A stretch of 64,000 bases of DNA from Vulcanimicrobiota bacterium (lineage in GTDB: Bacteria > Vulcanimicrobiota > Vulcanimicrobiia > Vulcanimicrobiales > Vulcanimicrobiaceae). Made by a program: the position numbers and the translations under genes. Below are positions 49,049 to 58,541 of this stretch, in pieces. The stretch's first letter is position 1, and each line of letters begins with the position of its first letter. Under the pieces are notes generated by a model. The model saw nothing but the letters and a program-made list of their open reading frames with translations. It was not told the origin of the DNA and did no database searches. The stretch is taken from positions 1 through 64,000 of the forward strand of contig CAWETW010000003.1 of NCBI GenBank assembly GCA_963812155.1. Reading direction: 5' to 3'.

Positions 49049-50276
49049 GTGACCGAAGCAACGGCCGTGGGTGCGGCACACGCACTCGATCGGCGCGGCA
49101 TCGCGCTGCTTTCGCTCGCGCACGTCGCCAACGACGCCAATCAAAGCGTGCTGCCGGCAATCATTCCGTGGCTCGTCGCGCACCGCGGGCTCTCCCTGAC
49201 GTCGGCCGCCACGCTCGTGCTCGCGATGAATCTCTCGTCGTCGGTCATTCAGCCGCTCTTCGGGCATCTCTCCGATCGTCGTTCGCTGGTATGGGTTATT
49301 CCCTCCGGGCTGCTGGTCGCCACGGCCGGTATGTCGGCCGTCGGGATTCGCTCCATCGATGCCGTTGATGTTTCTCGGAGCGCTCGTTTCTGGAATCGGC
49401 GTTGCGGCGTTTCATCCGGAAGCCTCGCGATACGCAAACTACTTCGGCGGAGAGCAGCGCGCCACGTCGATGAGTTGGTTCACGACCGGCGGCTACCTTG
49501 GTTTTGCCATGGGACCGGTTATCGTGACGCCGCTGCTCGTCGCATTCGGGTTGCATGGAACCGCTTTTCTCGTCGTGCTCGGCGCCGCGCTCGCCGCGTT
49601 GTTGGTAAAAGCGATGCCGCGCTTCGAGCGCGCACGGCTGCAGGCGCATCACCGGCATCGCGCGCGTCCCGGAGTCGACGACTGGCGCGGCTTTTCAATC
49701 ATGACGGTCATGGTCGCGCTGCGTTCGAGCGTGTTCTTTGCCGCGGTGACGTTCATGCCGCTCTTCGCGATTGCCGTCGCGCACGTTGACAAGGCGCTCG
49801 GATCGGCGGCGCTGGCCGCGATGCTATTCGGCGGCGCGTTCGGCACGCTCTGGGGCGGACGGCTGGCCGACCGCTTCGATCGGCGGCGCATCATCTCGCT
49901 TTCGCTCGTGCTGACCGTCGTAGGCGGTGCGGCGCTGACGCTGGCCGGTGCGTTCGCACCGCTCTTCGGCGTCATCGTGGCGATTGCGGTCGTCTTCGGC
50001 GTCGCGCTCGGGCTCTCGGCCGGCGTGATCGTGGTCGTCGGGCAAGAGTATCTGCCGCAGCGCATCGGCATTGCTGCGGGCGTCACACTCGGTCTTTCGG
50101 TGACCATCGGTGGGCTCGCCGCACCGCTGTTCGGCGCGATCGGCGACAGCCGCGGCTTGGTCGCAGTCTTCGCAGCGGCAACGGCGCTCGCACTGCTGGC
50201 ACTCGCGGCATCGCTGTTCATGCCCCGGCCGCGTCAGGACAAGTTCGGAAAACCGATTGCCGCGAGTGCGGCGTAG
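49049..50276 (+). CDS. MFS transporter (Fsr-like), one frameshift near 49350
   Basis: AHVAND, QPLFGHLSDRR, AAFHPEA, GRLADRFDRR. Confidence 0.9.
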
Positions 50277-50758
50277 GCAGCGATCCCGACCGCGGTCGAG
50301 AGGTTGATGCTGCGCACCGCGCCGTCGCGCATCGGAATTCGCAGCACGCGCTCCGGATAACGCGCGAGCAAATCCGCCGGCAATCCTTGCGTTTCCTTGC
50401 CGAAAATCAACACGTCGCCGCGCGCGTACGCCGCGTCGGCATACCGTTGCCGCCCGCGCGTGGAAAAGAACCAGCGCGATCGCGACGCGGTGGCGTCCAA
50501 GAACGCGGCTAGCGACGGGTGGACGACCAGCGCGACGCGATCCCAATAATCGAGGCCGGCGCGCTTGAGGTCGCGGTCGGCGATGCTGAAGCCGAGCGGT
50601 TCGACGAGATGCAGCGCGCAGCCGGTCGCGGCGCACAGCCGCGCGACGTTTCCCGCGTTCGGCGGTATCTCAGGCTCGACGAGCGCGAGGTGCAGCGGCG
50701 CATCGGCGACCGCCGCGAACGCTCGCGGCGTTACCGGCGGCTCGCTACGGTGCGGCAA
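50234..50758 (-). CDS. trmL: tRNA (cytidine/uridine(34)-2'-O)-methyltransferase
   Basis: PEIPPNAGN, PLGF, RAGLDYW, FGKETQGL, RIPM, RSINLS. Confidence 0.93.
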   Translation of the reverse strand: MPHRSEPPVTPRAFAAVADAPLHLALVEPEIPPNAGNVARLCAATGCALHLVEPLGFSIADRDLKRAGLDYWDRVALVVHPSLAAFLDATASRSRWFFSTRGRQRYADAAYARGDVLIFGKETQGLPADLLARYPERVLRIPMRDGAVRSINLSTAVGIAAYAALAAIGFPNLS

Positions 50759-51632
50759 GCACGCTCGCGTAATCGATGCCGTTGGGCGCCACCACGTAGG
50801 CGACGCCCTCGTTGCGCTGCCACACGTACTCGATCGCGTCGCGCGGATAGACGACGCGAACGTTCGGTGCCGCGGGATCGTTCATGGCACAATCGCCGCT
50901 CGACGTAAACCCGGTGAGCACGGCGAGATGGCCGTCCGAATGTTCGAGCGGTGCGCCCGGCAACTCGCCGTCCCGCCACGAATAGGAAATGGCGACCGGA
51001 AGGTTGCGTTCGATCAGGCGCTGCGCGTGATCGAGGTTTTGCAAGTGCGCGACCACGGCCCGCAACCCCAAACTGCCGCTGTAGGCAACGTTGAACGTCC
51101 AGTTTCCCGTGCCGTTGTACGCGCGATCGAAGACGGCGCGGGCCGTCTCCTCGACCGAAACGTCGATGCCGTGATAGGCGTTTAGCATCGAAAGGCTGGC
51201 GGGGCTGCACCAGCCGCGTTCGTTTTCGTTGACGTACTGCGAGCGTGCCGGAACGTCGAGGATGAGCGCCTCGCGCGCGTAGGGAAGGCAGCGGCGAGCT
51301 CGCGCCGGCGACGAGAAGGCCAGCGTGTTGAAATCGACGCCGTTGGCGCGAACGTCGATGCCGTCGAACGGACGCGACGACCGAATGACGTCGACGTCGA
51401 CCCGCGTGCCATCGTGCTCCGGGCTGAACGACTTCGATCCGTTCGGGTGCCATAGTGCATAATCCATCCAGGGCGTGGCCGGCGCGTGCGCGCGCAACAG
51501 GCGAAACTCGATGCGTCCGACCGGCGCGAACGTGTTCCAACTGACCACCCCGGCGCGCGCCGGTTCGAAGAGTAAACGCGCCGTTTCGCGTACGTCGCGA
51601 ACCTCGGCAAAACCGCCGCTCACACGTTCCAT
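50745..51632 (-). CDS. C39-like cysteine peptidase
   Basis: RSQY, WCSPASLSM (Cys), GTGNWTFN, GHLAVLTGF (His), NDPAA (Asp). Confidence 0.8.
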   Translation of the reverse strand: MERVSGGFAEVRDVRETARLLFEPARAGVVSWNTFAPVGRIEFRLLRAHAPATPWMDYALWHPNGSKSFSPEHDGTRVDVDVIRSSRPFDGIDVRANGVDFNTLAFSSPARARRCLPYAREALILDVPARSQYVNENERGWCSPASLSMLNAYHGIDVSVEETARAVFDRAYNGTGNWTFNVAYSGSLGLRAVVAHLQNLDHAQRLIERNLPVAISYSWRDGELPGAPLEHSDGHLAVLTGFTSSGDCAMNDPAAPNVRVVYPRDAIEYVWQRNEGVAYVVAPNGIDYASVLAAP

Positions 51633-53254
51633 TGCCACGCATTCCACGTGTCGGCGATGAACGCCGCCGGTATGTAGTTGCGAACGTCGGAATTCATTGC
51701 GGCATAGCCGTTTTCCCAGGTGAACACCACGGCCGGCACGAGTTCGCGCAGCCGTCGTTCTTCGACCTGATACAGCGCTTTGCGTTGCGTCTGATCGAAG
51801 GTTCGCTCGGCGGCGGTGCTCGTGGCATTGACGATCGGATCGTCGAGCCAGGACGTGTTGGCCCCCTTGGGTGGAATGAAGGCGCCGTTCCAACTGCCGG
51901 CGTTATCGGGATCCGGTCCGTTGGTTTCGATCGACCACTCGAGATCGTACCTTCCGGTGTAGAGCGGACCGTTCTGTGCGAACATCAGGTTGGCGGGGTA
52001 GTTGCGAATCTGCAGGTCGATACCGAACGGCTTGAGCATCGACTGTACGATCACTTCCGATTGCTCGTTCTCTTGGTGGCCGATCGTGGCCGAGATGGTG
52101 AGGTGCAGCGCGCTTGCGTCATTGTGCAGCACGCCGTCGCGCTGCATGCGCCATCCGGCGGCAGCGAGCAGGCGCCGCGCGTCAACGGGATCGTAGGGAT
52201 ACGGCGGAAGCGACGGCGCGGCCCACGATTCGGGAAAAATATCCGAGACGGCCAAACGGTTTATCCCGTGATAGACCGTATCGTCGATGCGTTTCCAGTC
52301 GACGGCTTCGGCGATTGCGCGGCGGACGCGCACGTCGTGCAACAGCGGCCGGCTCGTGTTGATGCCGAGATGGCGCCAGTTTGCAATCAGCTGCCGCTTT
52401 ACGACGATGCCCGGAATGCCTCCGAGCTGGGAAACCGAGTTTGCGTTGACGCTCGGATAGACGTCGATCTCGTGCGTTCTCAATTGATTGAAGAGCGTAT
52501 TGACGTCGGGAACGATCTTCCAGTCGATCTCCTTCAGTTTCGGTGCCCCGCGAAAATACCGCGGGTTGGGAGCGAAGATGAGGGCCGATCCGCGGTTCCA
52601 CGCGCGCAAAACGTAGGGCCCGCTCGAAAGCGGACGATCGTTGAAATCGGATCGATTGAGGTCGTTTTGCGACGCCAGCAGATGCGCGGGCAGCGGAGGA
52701 TATCCGGCGCCGCCCATGGCGAGAATGCCGAACGCCGTGACGTCGGGACGCTTGAGGCGAATAACGATCGTGTGCGGATCGGGCGCGGTTGCCGACGCGA
52801 TGGCATCCCAGCCATAGCGCGTCTTGACGTTGTTGCGCGGATTGAGAACGGCGCGATACGTGAAGATCCAGTCGGCTGCGGTCAGGGGCGCTCCGTCGGC
52901 CCAAACGACGCCCTTGCGCAAATGCACGACGATCGTCTTGCCGTCGGCGCTGATGCCGCCGTTGCGCAGCGTCGGCACTGCAGTTGCGAGATCGGGCACG
53001 TAGTTGCCGCGCCGGTCGTATCGAAGAATGAACGAGAAGAGCAAACCGGAGATCGCGTCGCTTGCGGCGCTGTGCGCGAACATCAGGTTCAAGCCGTCGG
53101 GCTCTTCGTCGGCGCCGATGCGCAGCACGCCGGGAACGGTCCACGGATGGCGCCCGCCGGCATGGTTTGCGGACGTTCCGCTGCGCGCGCAGCCCGAGCA
53201 TACGAACGCCGCGAGCAGCGTACAGCACGCCAGGCGCCGCAAACGAGCGTTCAC
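51620..53254 (-). CDS. Peptide ABC transporter substrate-binding lipoprotein (family 5)
   Basis: Lipobox CSGC, PDLA, LRKGVVWADG.PLTA.D, SSGPY, DVRVRRAI. Confidence 0.92.
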   Translation of the reverse strand: MNARLRRLACCTLLAAFVCSGCARSGTSANHAGGRHPWTVPGVLRIGADEEPDGLNLMFAHSAASDAISGLLFSFILRYDRRGNYVPDLATAVPTLRNGGISADGKTIVVHLRKGVVWADGAPLTAADWIFTYRAVLNPRNNVKTRYGWDAIASATAPDPHTIVIRLKRPDVTAFGILAMGGAGYPPLPAHLLASQNDLNRSDFNDRPLSSGPYVLRAWNRGSALIFAPNPRYFRGAPKLKEIDWKIVPDVNTLFNQLRTHEIDVYPSVNANSVSQLGGIPGIVVKRQLIANWRHLGINTSRPLLHDVRVRRAIAEAVDWKRIDDTVYHGINRLAVSDIFPESWAAPSLPPYPYDPVDARRLLAAAGWRMQRDGVLHNDASALHLTISATIGHQENEQSEVIVQSMLKPFGIDLQIRNYPANLMFAQNGPLYTGRYDLEWSIETNGPDPDNAGSWNGAFIPPKGANTSWLDDPIVNATSTAAERTFDQTQRKALYQVEERRLRELVPAVVFTWENGYAAMNSDVRNYIPAAFIADTWNAWQWNV

Positions 53255-54303
53255 AGACGAGCGCGTTTGAGGACGTGCGGTCGTATTCGGTCGTACAGGC
53301 GCGCAGCGCCGAAACGTACGACGTCGTCGGCCGGCAACCCCGTTTCGTCGCTCGCCCGCGCGATTTCTTCTCGTGCTCGCTCGTCGCCCAGACCGCGCGT
53401 GTTGAGCGCGATGCCGACGACGGTGGCCGGCTTGACCGTCGCGAGCAGACGCTCGTGAAGATCGATCAGCGCGCGATAGCCGAGTGCCGGCGTGTCGTAT
53501 TCCTCGATGTGCGTTCGCTGCGGATCGCAGACGAGAATCAGCGCATCCGGCGCGCTTCCGAACATCAGCGCTAACGTCACGGGCGCGTACGCCGGGTGAT
53601 TGATGGCGCCTTGTCCCTCGACGACGATGAGTTCGGCGCCCTCGCGTGCGGCGTAGAGCACCAGTTGCTCGGTGGCGCCCGGCGCGAAATCCGCGACGAC
53701 GCGATCGACCGAGATGCCCCATCCGGCTATCATGATTCCCGTTTGGCCCGTCGGTACGAAGCGCGCGTTGACGCCCGCGTCGCGGGCCGCGCGCACGATC
53801 TCGAGCGACACGCTCATCTTTCCGACGGCGCAATCGTTTCCGATCGTCAGCAACACCGGCGCAGCGACGCCGTACACGGCGCCGGAAAAGAGTGGAACGT
53901 CCGGGGGTTTGCGTACGTCCCAAATCGAGGTGCCTGCCTGCATGGCGGCCGTGCGAAATTCGCGGTCCTCCGCGAGCATGTCGTGCAGGCCGCTGACGAT
54001 TTCGAGGCCCGCGGCAATTGCGTCGAGCACGGCCTTGCGCCATTGCGCCGGCAGCGCGCCGCCGCGCGGCGCCGTACCGATCAGCAGCGACGTCGGTGCA
54101 TAGGCCAGCGATTCTTCGACCGTTGCGACGACGGGCGCTTCGCTTTGAAGATGCGGGAGCACTTCGCCCGCGCGCCGTCCCGCGCACGCCGGATCGACGA
54201 CCGCCACGACCTCGTCTTCGCCGTAGCGGATGACGCCGTGCGCCGTCTTGGCGTCGACGGCGAAGCGGTCGATGGCCAAGATCGCGTAACGCCGGCGATT
54301 CAC
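53251..54303 (-). CDS. DUF1611 family protein (DgcN-like)
   Basis: KTAHGVIRY, APRGG, SGLH, GNDCAVGKM, PTGQTGI, DFAPGA, VEGQG. Confidence 0.9.
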   Translation of the reverse strand: MNRRRYAILAIDRFAVDAKTAHGVIRYGEDEVVAVVDPACAGRRAGEVLPHLQSEAPVVATVEESLAYAPTSLLIGTAPRGGALPAQWRKAVLDAIAAGLEIVSGLHDMLAEDREFRTAAMQAGTSIWDVRKPPDVPLFSGAVYGVAAPVLLTIGNDCAVGKMSVSLEIVRAARDAGVNARFVPTGQTGIMIAGWGISVDRVVADFAPGATEQLVLYAAREGAELIVVEGQGAINHPAYAPVTLALMFGSAPDALILVCDPQRTHIEEYDTPALGYRALIDLHERLLATVKPATVVGIALNTRGLGDERAREEIARASDETGLPADDVVRFGAARLYDRIRPHVLKRARL

Positions 54304-55319
54304 GCTGTGACGGCTTCGCGAACGCCGAGTCCCGGTGCGCTCGGAAGGATCAGTTTCCCGCGATCGTAGGTGACGCCCACGAATGGGTCGCGGGCGGTGA
54401 GGAACGGTCCGTCGATATCCGCCCAATCGACGAGCGGCGAAATGTGGGCCGCAGCCGTCGCACAGACGGCGCTCTCGACCATGCAGCCGAGCATAACCTT
54501 CATGCCCATCGCGCGCGCGGTGTGAATCATCGCCAGCGCGCCGCGCAAGCCGCCGGTCTTCGCCAATTTTACGTTGACGCCGTCGACGCAGCCGTAGAGC
54601 GGCGGCAGGTCGCGCGCATCGAGCGAGTCCTCGTCGGTGACGATCGGTATTGCAACCCGTTCGCGGATCGCGCGCAACTCGTGTGGGCGGCCCGCCGGAA
54701 CCGGCTGTTCGCAGAACTCGATGTCGAAACGTTCGAGTTCGTTGAGAATCGTCACCGCGGTTTCAACGTCCCAGCCTTCGTTTGCATCGATGCGGATTGC
54801 ACCGCGATAACGTGTCCGGATTGCGGCAATCGTCTCGATTTGTTCGGCGATGGTTCCGCTGCCGAGTTTGATCTTGAGGATGGGATGTTCGCCGACTTCG
54901 GCGACTTTACGCAGCGTCGTTTCCGGATCGGCGATGCCGATCGTAAACGACGTGACCGGCGTGAGCGCCGGATCGAGTCCGAAGAGGTCGTATAGCGGCT
55001 TGCCGAGATCCTTACCGATGAGGTCGTGCAGCGCGAGGTCGAGCCCGGAACGCGCCGCCGGCGGAATGCCGGCGTGCAGGAGTGCCTCGAGCCGATACGG
55101 ATCGTCGCCGGAGATCGGATTGTCGCGAAAATAAGCGGCTACGCTTTCGACCGATTCGCCGTACCGGTCGACGGGCGCCGCCTCTCCGACGCCCTCGAGT
55201 TCGCCCCAGCGCACGCGAACCAACGCGGTGCGCGCGACGGTTTCCTCTCCGCGAGCGATTTTGAATGGATGAACGAGCGGCAGTTCGAGCGGCTCGACGG
55301 AGAGCGACAAGCGGGGCAT
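54300..55319 (-). CDS. Enolase-superfamily dipeptide epimerase (L-Ala-D/L-Glu epimerase / DgcA-like)
   Basis: PFKIARG, GEAAP, KIKLG, DANEGW, EQP, DE, NVKLAKTGG, GCMVES, DIDG. Confidence 0.92.
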   Translation of the reverse strand: MPRLSLSVEPLELPLVHPFKIARGEETVARTALVRVRWGELEGVGEAAPVDRYGESVESVAAYFRDNPISGDDPYRLEALLHAGIPPAARSGLDLALHDLIGKDLGKPLYDLFGLDPALTPVTSFTIGIADPETTLRKVAEVGEHPILKIKLGSGTIAEQIETIAAIRTRYRGAIRIDANEGWDVETAVTILNELERFDIEFCEQPVPAGRPHELRAIRERVAIPIVTDEDSLDARDLPPLYGCVDGVNVKLAKTGGLRGALAMIHTARAMGMKVMLGCMVESAVCATAAAHISPLVDWADIDGPFLTARDPFVGVTYDRGKLILPSAPGLGVREAVTA

Positions 55320-55360
55320 TCCCGCGATTTCCACTCGCCGGGCCGCGTTCCCTCAGTGCG

Positions 55361-55867
55361 TTACGCGACGAGCGCCAGCGTCACGGCCGAAGCGACGCGG
55401 TAACATCTGCCGGCATGGTCGTACCGAACGCTTTCGCCGAGCGTCCGCGCGGCATGCCGCTCCGAGCCCGTCACGACGCGCCGCTCCTCGGCCGTGTCGT
55501 ACGCTCGGCTTTCGCGCTGCGAAAGCGCCGTTTCGCGCGCCGGCGATTCGACGGCGTGGTCGACTTCGTGCCCCAAGCCGAGCGCCGGTGACTGACGTCC
55601 TCCGCGCGTGGTATGCAGCGCCGAACGCGGATCCCATGCAATCGTATCCGTCGAAGGATCGAAGGAATCGTCGTTGCGATGGTTGATCGTCAAACGGAAC
55701 CGGCGATCGTTCGCATGTTCCAGTCGCTCGAAAAGCCGGCGTTCGACGCCATCGCGCGATAAGTAGGATTTAGCCGCGCGATAATCGCGATCTCCGCGCG
55801 ACGCTACCGCAAGCGATCCATGGTGCACCCACGCGTGCGCGTGTTGTCGCGATACAACGTACGTCAT
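55361..55867 (-). CDS. Small HExxH zinc metallopeptidase-like protein (M91-like)
   Basis: IAWDP, SPALGLGHEVDHA, YDTAEERRVV, GESVRYDH. Confidence 0.65.
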   Translation of the reverse strand: MTYVVSRQHAHAWVHHGSLAVASRGDRDYRAAKSYLSRDGVERRLFERLEHANDRRFRLTINHRNDDSFDPSTDTIAWDPRSALHTTRGGRQSPALGLGHEVDHAVESPARETALSQRESRAYDTAEERRVVTGSERHAARTLGESVRYDHAGRCYRVASAVTLALVA

Positions 55868-55918
55868 GCTCCGCCAATCACGCGCGCGGCCCGGCAGGCT
55901 AGAAGATCGCCGCGACCC

Positions 55919-55947
55919 TTGCCGCTCCAGCCGCCCGGTGGTATGCT
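55919..55947 (+). promoter_or_regulatory. Sigma70-type promoter for the NHL-repeat gene
   Basis: TTGCCG (55919-24), 17-bp spacer, TATGCT (55942-47) with extended -10 TG; RBS GGAGGA at 55977-82. Confidence 0.55.
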
Positions 55948-55985
55948 GGGGAGCCAACCAGGCGCGGGCCGGATTCGGAGGAAGC

Positions 55986-57041
55986 ATGAACCCACGAATC
56001 ATGGCGGCGATCGTCGCCTTTGCCGCTGCCGTTTGCGGAGGCTGTTCCGGCGCCGCTCAAACGAGTCTCACTCCGGCGCAAGTCTTTGCGTCGCAATCGC
56101 ATGCGACGAGAGGGTTGGCGCGCCGGGCAGTCCCTGGCCCAGAGCTCTACGTTGCCAATTCCGGTAACGATACGGTGACGGTTTACGCGGCGGCGAGCAA
56201 CACGCTGCTGCGCACGATTTCCAAAGGCATCCACACTCCGTACGCCATTGCGTTCGATCCTTCTGGAAATCTCTACGTGGCAAACTACAGCGCCAACGAC
56301 GTGACGGTGTACGCTCCCGGCAGCGACCGCGTGCTCAGGACGATCAGCGAAGGTGTGAACCTTCCGGCGTACGTCGCGTTCGACGCCTCCGGAAACCTGT
56401 ACGTCGCCAATCTCTACATCAACCCAACCGTGACCGTCTATGCGCCGGGCAGCAACGAGGTGCTGCGAACGATTTCCGACGGGCTCACGTCTCCGTTCAG
56501 CCTGGCCTTCGACGGTGCCGGAAATTTGTACGTCGCGAATACGTTCCAGATCGAAACCGTGACGGTCTACGCGGCCGGTACGACCACGCTGTTACGAACG
56601 ATCACGAAAGGCATGGGGCAGCCGTGGGCGCTGGCCTTCGACGGTGACGGAAATCTGTACGTCGCGAACGACTCGGTAAACACGGTGACGGTGTACGCTC
56701 CGGGCAGCACGTCGGTGCTGCGAACGATTTCGCACGGCTTAAAAAACCCGGCATCCTTGCTCTTCGATCCCAATGGGAGCCTCTTCGTTGGAAGCTTCGG
56801 AAACAACACCGTCGCGGAATACGCCCCGGGCAGCCAGATTGCGTTTCGTAAAATCCAGAAGCACGTGCGCCATCCGGTCGCAATTGCGCTGGACGCAAAT
56901 CGCAATCTCTACGTTGCGAACGAAGGGTCCTTTACGCAAACCGGAAAGGTTATTTCGATTCACGCGCCGGGGCGCAAGGGCGTTCGCCGGCTCATCACTG
57001 CCGGCGTGGATGGTCCGATCGCTCTCGCATTCGGTCCGTAG
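55986..57041 (+). CDS. NHL-like repeat beta-propeller lipoprotein (about 7 blades)
   Basis: Lipobox VCGGC; about 42-aa repeat PxxLAFDxxGNLYVAN...VTVYAPG...LRTISxG. Confidence 0.88.
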   Translation: MNPRIMAAIVAFAAAVCGGCSGAAQTSLTPAQVFASQSHATRGLARRAVPGPELYVANSGNDTVTVYAAASNTLLRTISKGIHTPYAIAFDPSGNLYVANYSANDVTVYAPGSDRVLRTISEGVNLPAYVAFDASGNLYVANLYINPTVTVYAPGSNEVLRTISDGLTSPFSLAFDGAGNLYVANTFQIETVTVYAAGTTTLLRTITKGMGQPWALAFDGDGNLYVANDSVNTVTVYAPGSTSVLRTISHGLKNPASLLFDPNGSLFVGSFGNNTVAEYAPGSQIAFRKIQKHVRHPVAIALDANRNLYVANEGSFTQTGKVISIHAPGRKGVRRLITAGVDGPIALAFGP

Positions 57042-57483
57042 TCACCCGATCGCGTAAGGCGGAGCGCGCTTTTTCGATCCGGCGCATCCGCGTTTCCGGT
57101 TTTTTGGCCTCTTCGATCCACATCACGTACTCCTTGCGATGCGAATACGACATGGCGTCGAAGGCCCGCCGTTCCGGCGCACCCATCGCTTTGGCGAAAT
57201 CCGCAGGAACGTCGACGGTGCGCGGATCGGCGTCGCGCTCGACGTCAACCGTAATTCGGTCGCCGCGAGCGACGTGCGCGCCCTTCCGAATTGCGGCGGC
57301 GACGCCGATTGCCGGTCCGAGCCCCATGTCGCAGATCGTCGTTCGCCAGGTGACGCCGTTGATCGTGACGCGCACCGGGACGCGAATGCGCCCCTCGAAC
57401 GCGCGCATCACCGTCGCAGGAACGGCAAAATACGATCCCGACGAATCGTCGACCCCTCGAAGCGAGGTGCGAAATCGCGCCAT
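56995..57483 (-). CDS. DUF1905 / YdeI-OmpD-associated family protein
   Basis: RVPVRVTING, GDRITV, VPADF, SYSHRKEY, AKKPETRMRRI. Confidence 0.88.
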   Translation of the reverse strand: MARFRTSLRGVDDSSGSYFAVPATVMRAFEGRIRVPVRVTINGVTWRTTICDMGLGPAIGVAAAIRKGAHVARGDRITVDVERDADPRTVDVPADFAKAMGAPERRAFDAMSYSHRKEYVMWIEEAKKPETRMRRIEKARSALRDRVTTDRMRERSDHPRRQ

Positions 57484-57585
57484 TCGAGCGTGTAGCCTCG
57501 TGCTTTTTTGCGACTTCTTACGGCCAGCGGCGCCGGCCTGCTCTCGGCTACGGCGGGCTTGACTGCGAGTGGTACGGTAGAGGGG

Positions 57586-57771
57586 CTCGACTGCGCGTAT
57601 GCGCGCACCGCCAATAGGTACCGAGCCGATAGTGATACATAGGGAGCATCAGCTCCGGATACGACGTAAAGGCTTGGGCTCTGGATGCCTGCCGGAACGG
57701 CGCCCGGGCCGCACCCACCTGCGAGACGCGGGTTCGATCACCAACGGCGGCAGACGCTACGTGCGGTCGAG
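57586..57771 (+). ncRNA. ssrS: 6S RNA
   Basis: About 186 nt. 5' CTCGACTGCGCGTA pairs with 3' TACGTGCGGTCGAG, CCGCC with GGCGG, CGAGCC with GGTTCG. Contains GGGAGC and GCACCCACCTG...GCGGGTTC, resembling Firmicute-type 6S. Extended -10 TGgTACGGT at 57570-78. Confidence 0.8.
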
Positions 57772-58479
57772 TGACGCCAGTGCCGCACGCCAAGCGCGCA
57801 ACGTAGCGCGCACCGCTGCAACGTCGAGATGATCTCCGAATGCATCGACGGCAAGATGCCCGCGAAACTCCGGAAAACGGTGCAACGTTTCCGCGATCGA
57901 ACGCTCGCCGGCGAGGGATGCGCCGCTCCACAGCAATACGGTGTTGGGCGCCAGCTGCGAGGGATCGTCGGCAGGTCCGAACGCGCTCGGCCGCGGGCCG
58001 AAGCGCAGCCACGCGGAGTCGGCTTCCTTGGTGACGCGTTTACAATCGTGCGTGCTTCCCGCAAACGTCCCGGCTGCGTTGCGCAGCGCAAGGGTCACGT
58101 TGAACGATTTGGCCAGCGACGTGGCGGCATTCAGCTTCGCAAGCTGTTCGCTCCACGGTGCGCCCGTTTCCGCAACGAGTTCGCCGGCTACGAGCGGCGC
58201 TCCGATGGCGGCGGCAACCTCGAACGTCTGGGCCATCCGCGCTTGCTCGAAGCCGAAAAACGCCGCCTCCGCAAGTGCGGCTATCGTCAGACCCCTGTCG
58301 GCCGCCATCTTCTTCACCTGTGCGAGGTAGTCGGAGTCGGTTCGCGGAAAGTGGCGCACGTCCAACACGACGCCGTCGCAAGCCAGCTCGTGCGCGCAGA
58401 GATCGAGGAACTCGAGTTGGGTGAGATCCCCGCCGACGAACGAAGAGTCGAGCGCGCCGCTCGCGCAGGCCAGCTTCAT
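57757..58479 (-). CDS. Xylose isomerase-like / AP endonuclease 2 TIM-barrel protein (degenerate)
   Basis: LEFLDLCA..LACDGV, FPRTDSDYL..VKKMA...GL, VTLALRN. Confidence 0.7.
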   Translation of the reverse strand: MKLACASGALDSSFVGGDLTQLEFLDLCAHELACDGVVLDVRHFPRTDSDYLAQVKKMAADRGLTIAALAEAAFFGFEQARMAQTFEVAAAIGAPLVAGELVAETGAPWSEQLAKLNAATSLAKSFNVTLALRNAAGTFAGSTHDCKRVTKEADSAWLRFGPRPSAFGPADDPSQLAPNTVLLWSGASLAGERSIAETLHRFPEFRGHLAVDAFGDHLDVAAVRATLRAWRAALASLDRT

Positions 58480-58541
58480 CGGCGTCCGAGGTTCGACCGC
58501 TGGTTGCGCGCCCCTTGCTCTACGAGGTTTGCGAAAGCACT

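Noticed and set aside
46360..49360. Isolated frameshifts in the lipoprotein, udg and MFS genes as programmed frameshifting or phase variation
   Set aside because: No slippery heptamer or long homopolymer/SSR at the sites; consistent with the sequencing-error pattern seen elsewhere.
51620..54187. Apparent 855-aa substrate-binding protein, and similarly extended ORFs at 16182..17942, 42118..43587 and 40253..41713
   Set aside because: The N-terminal extensions overlap upstream genes in another frame; the real starts are the coupled GTG codons.
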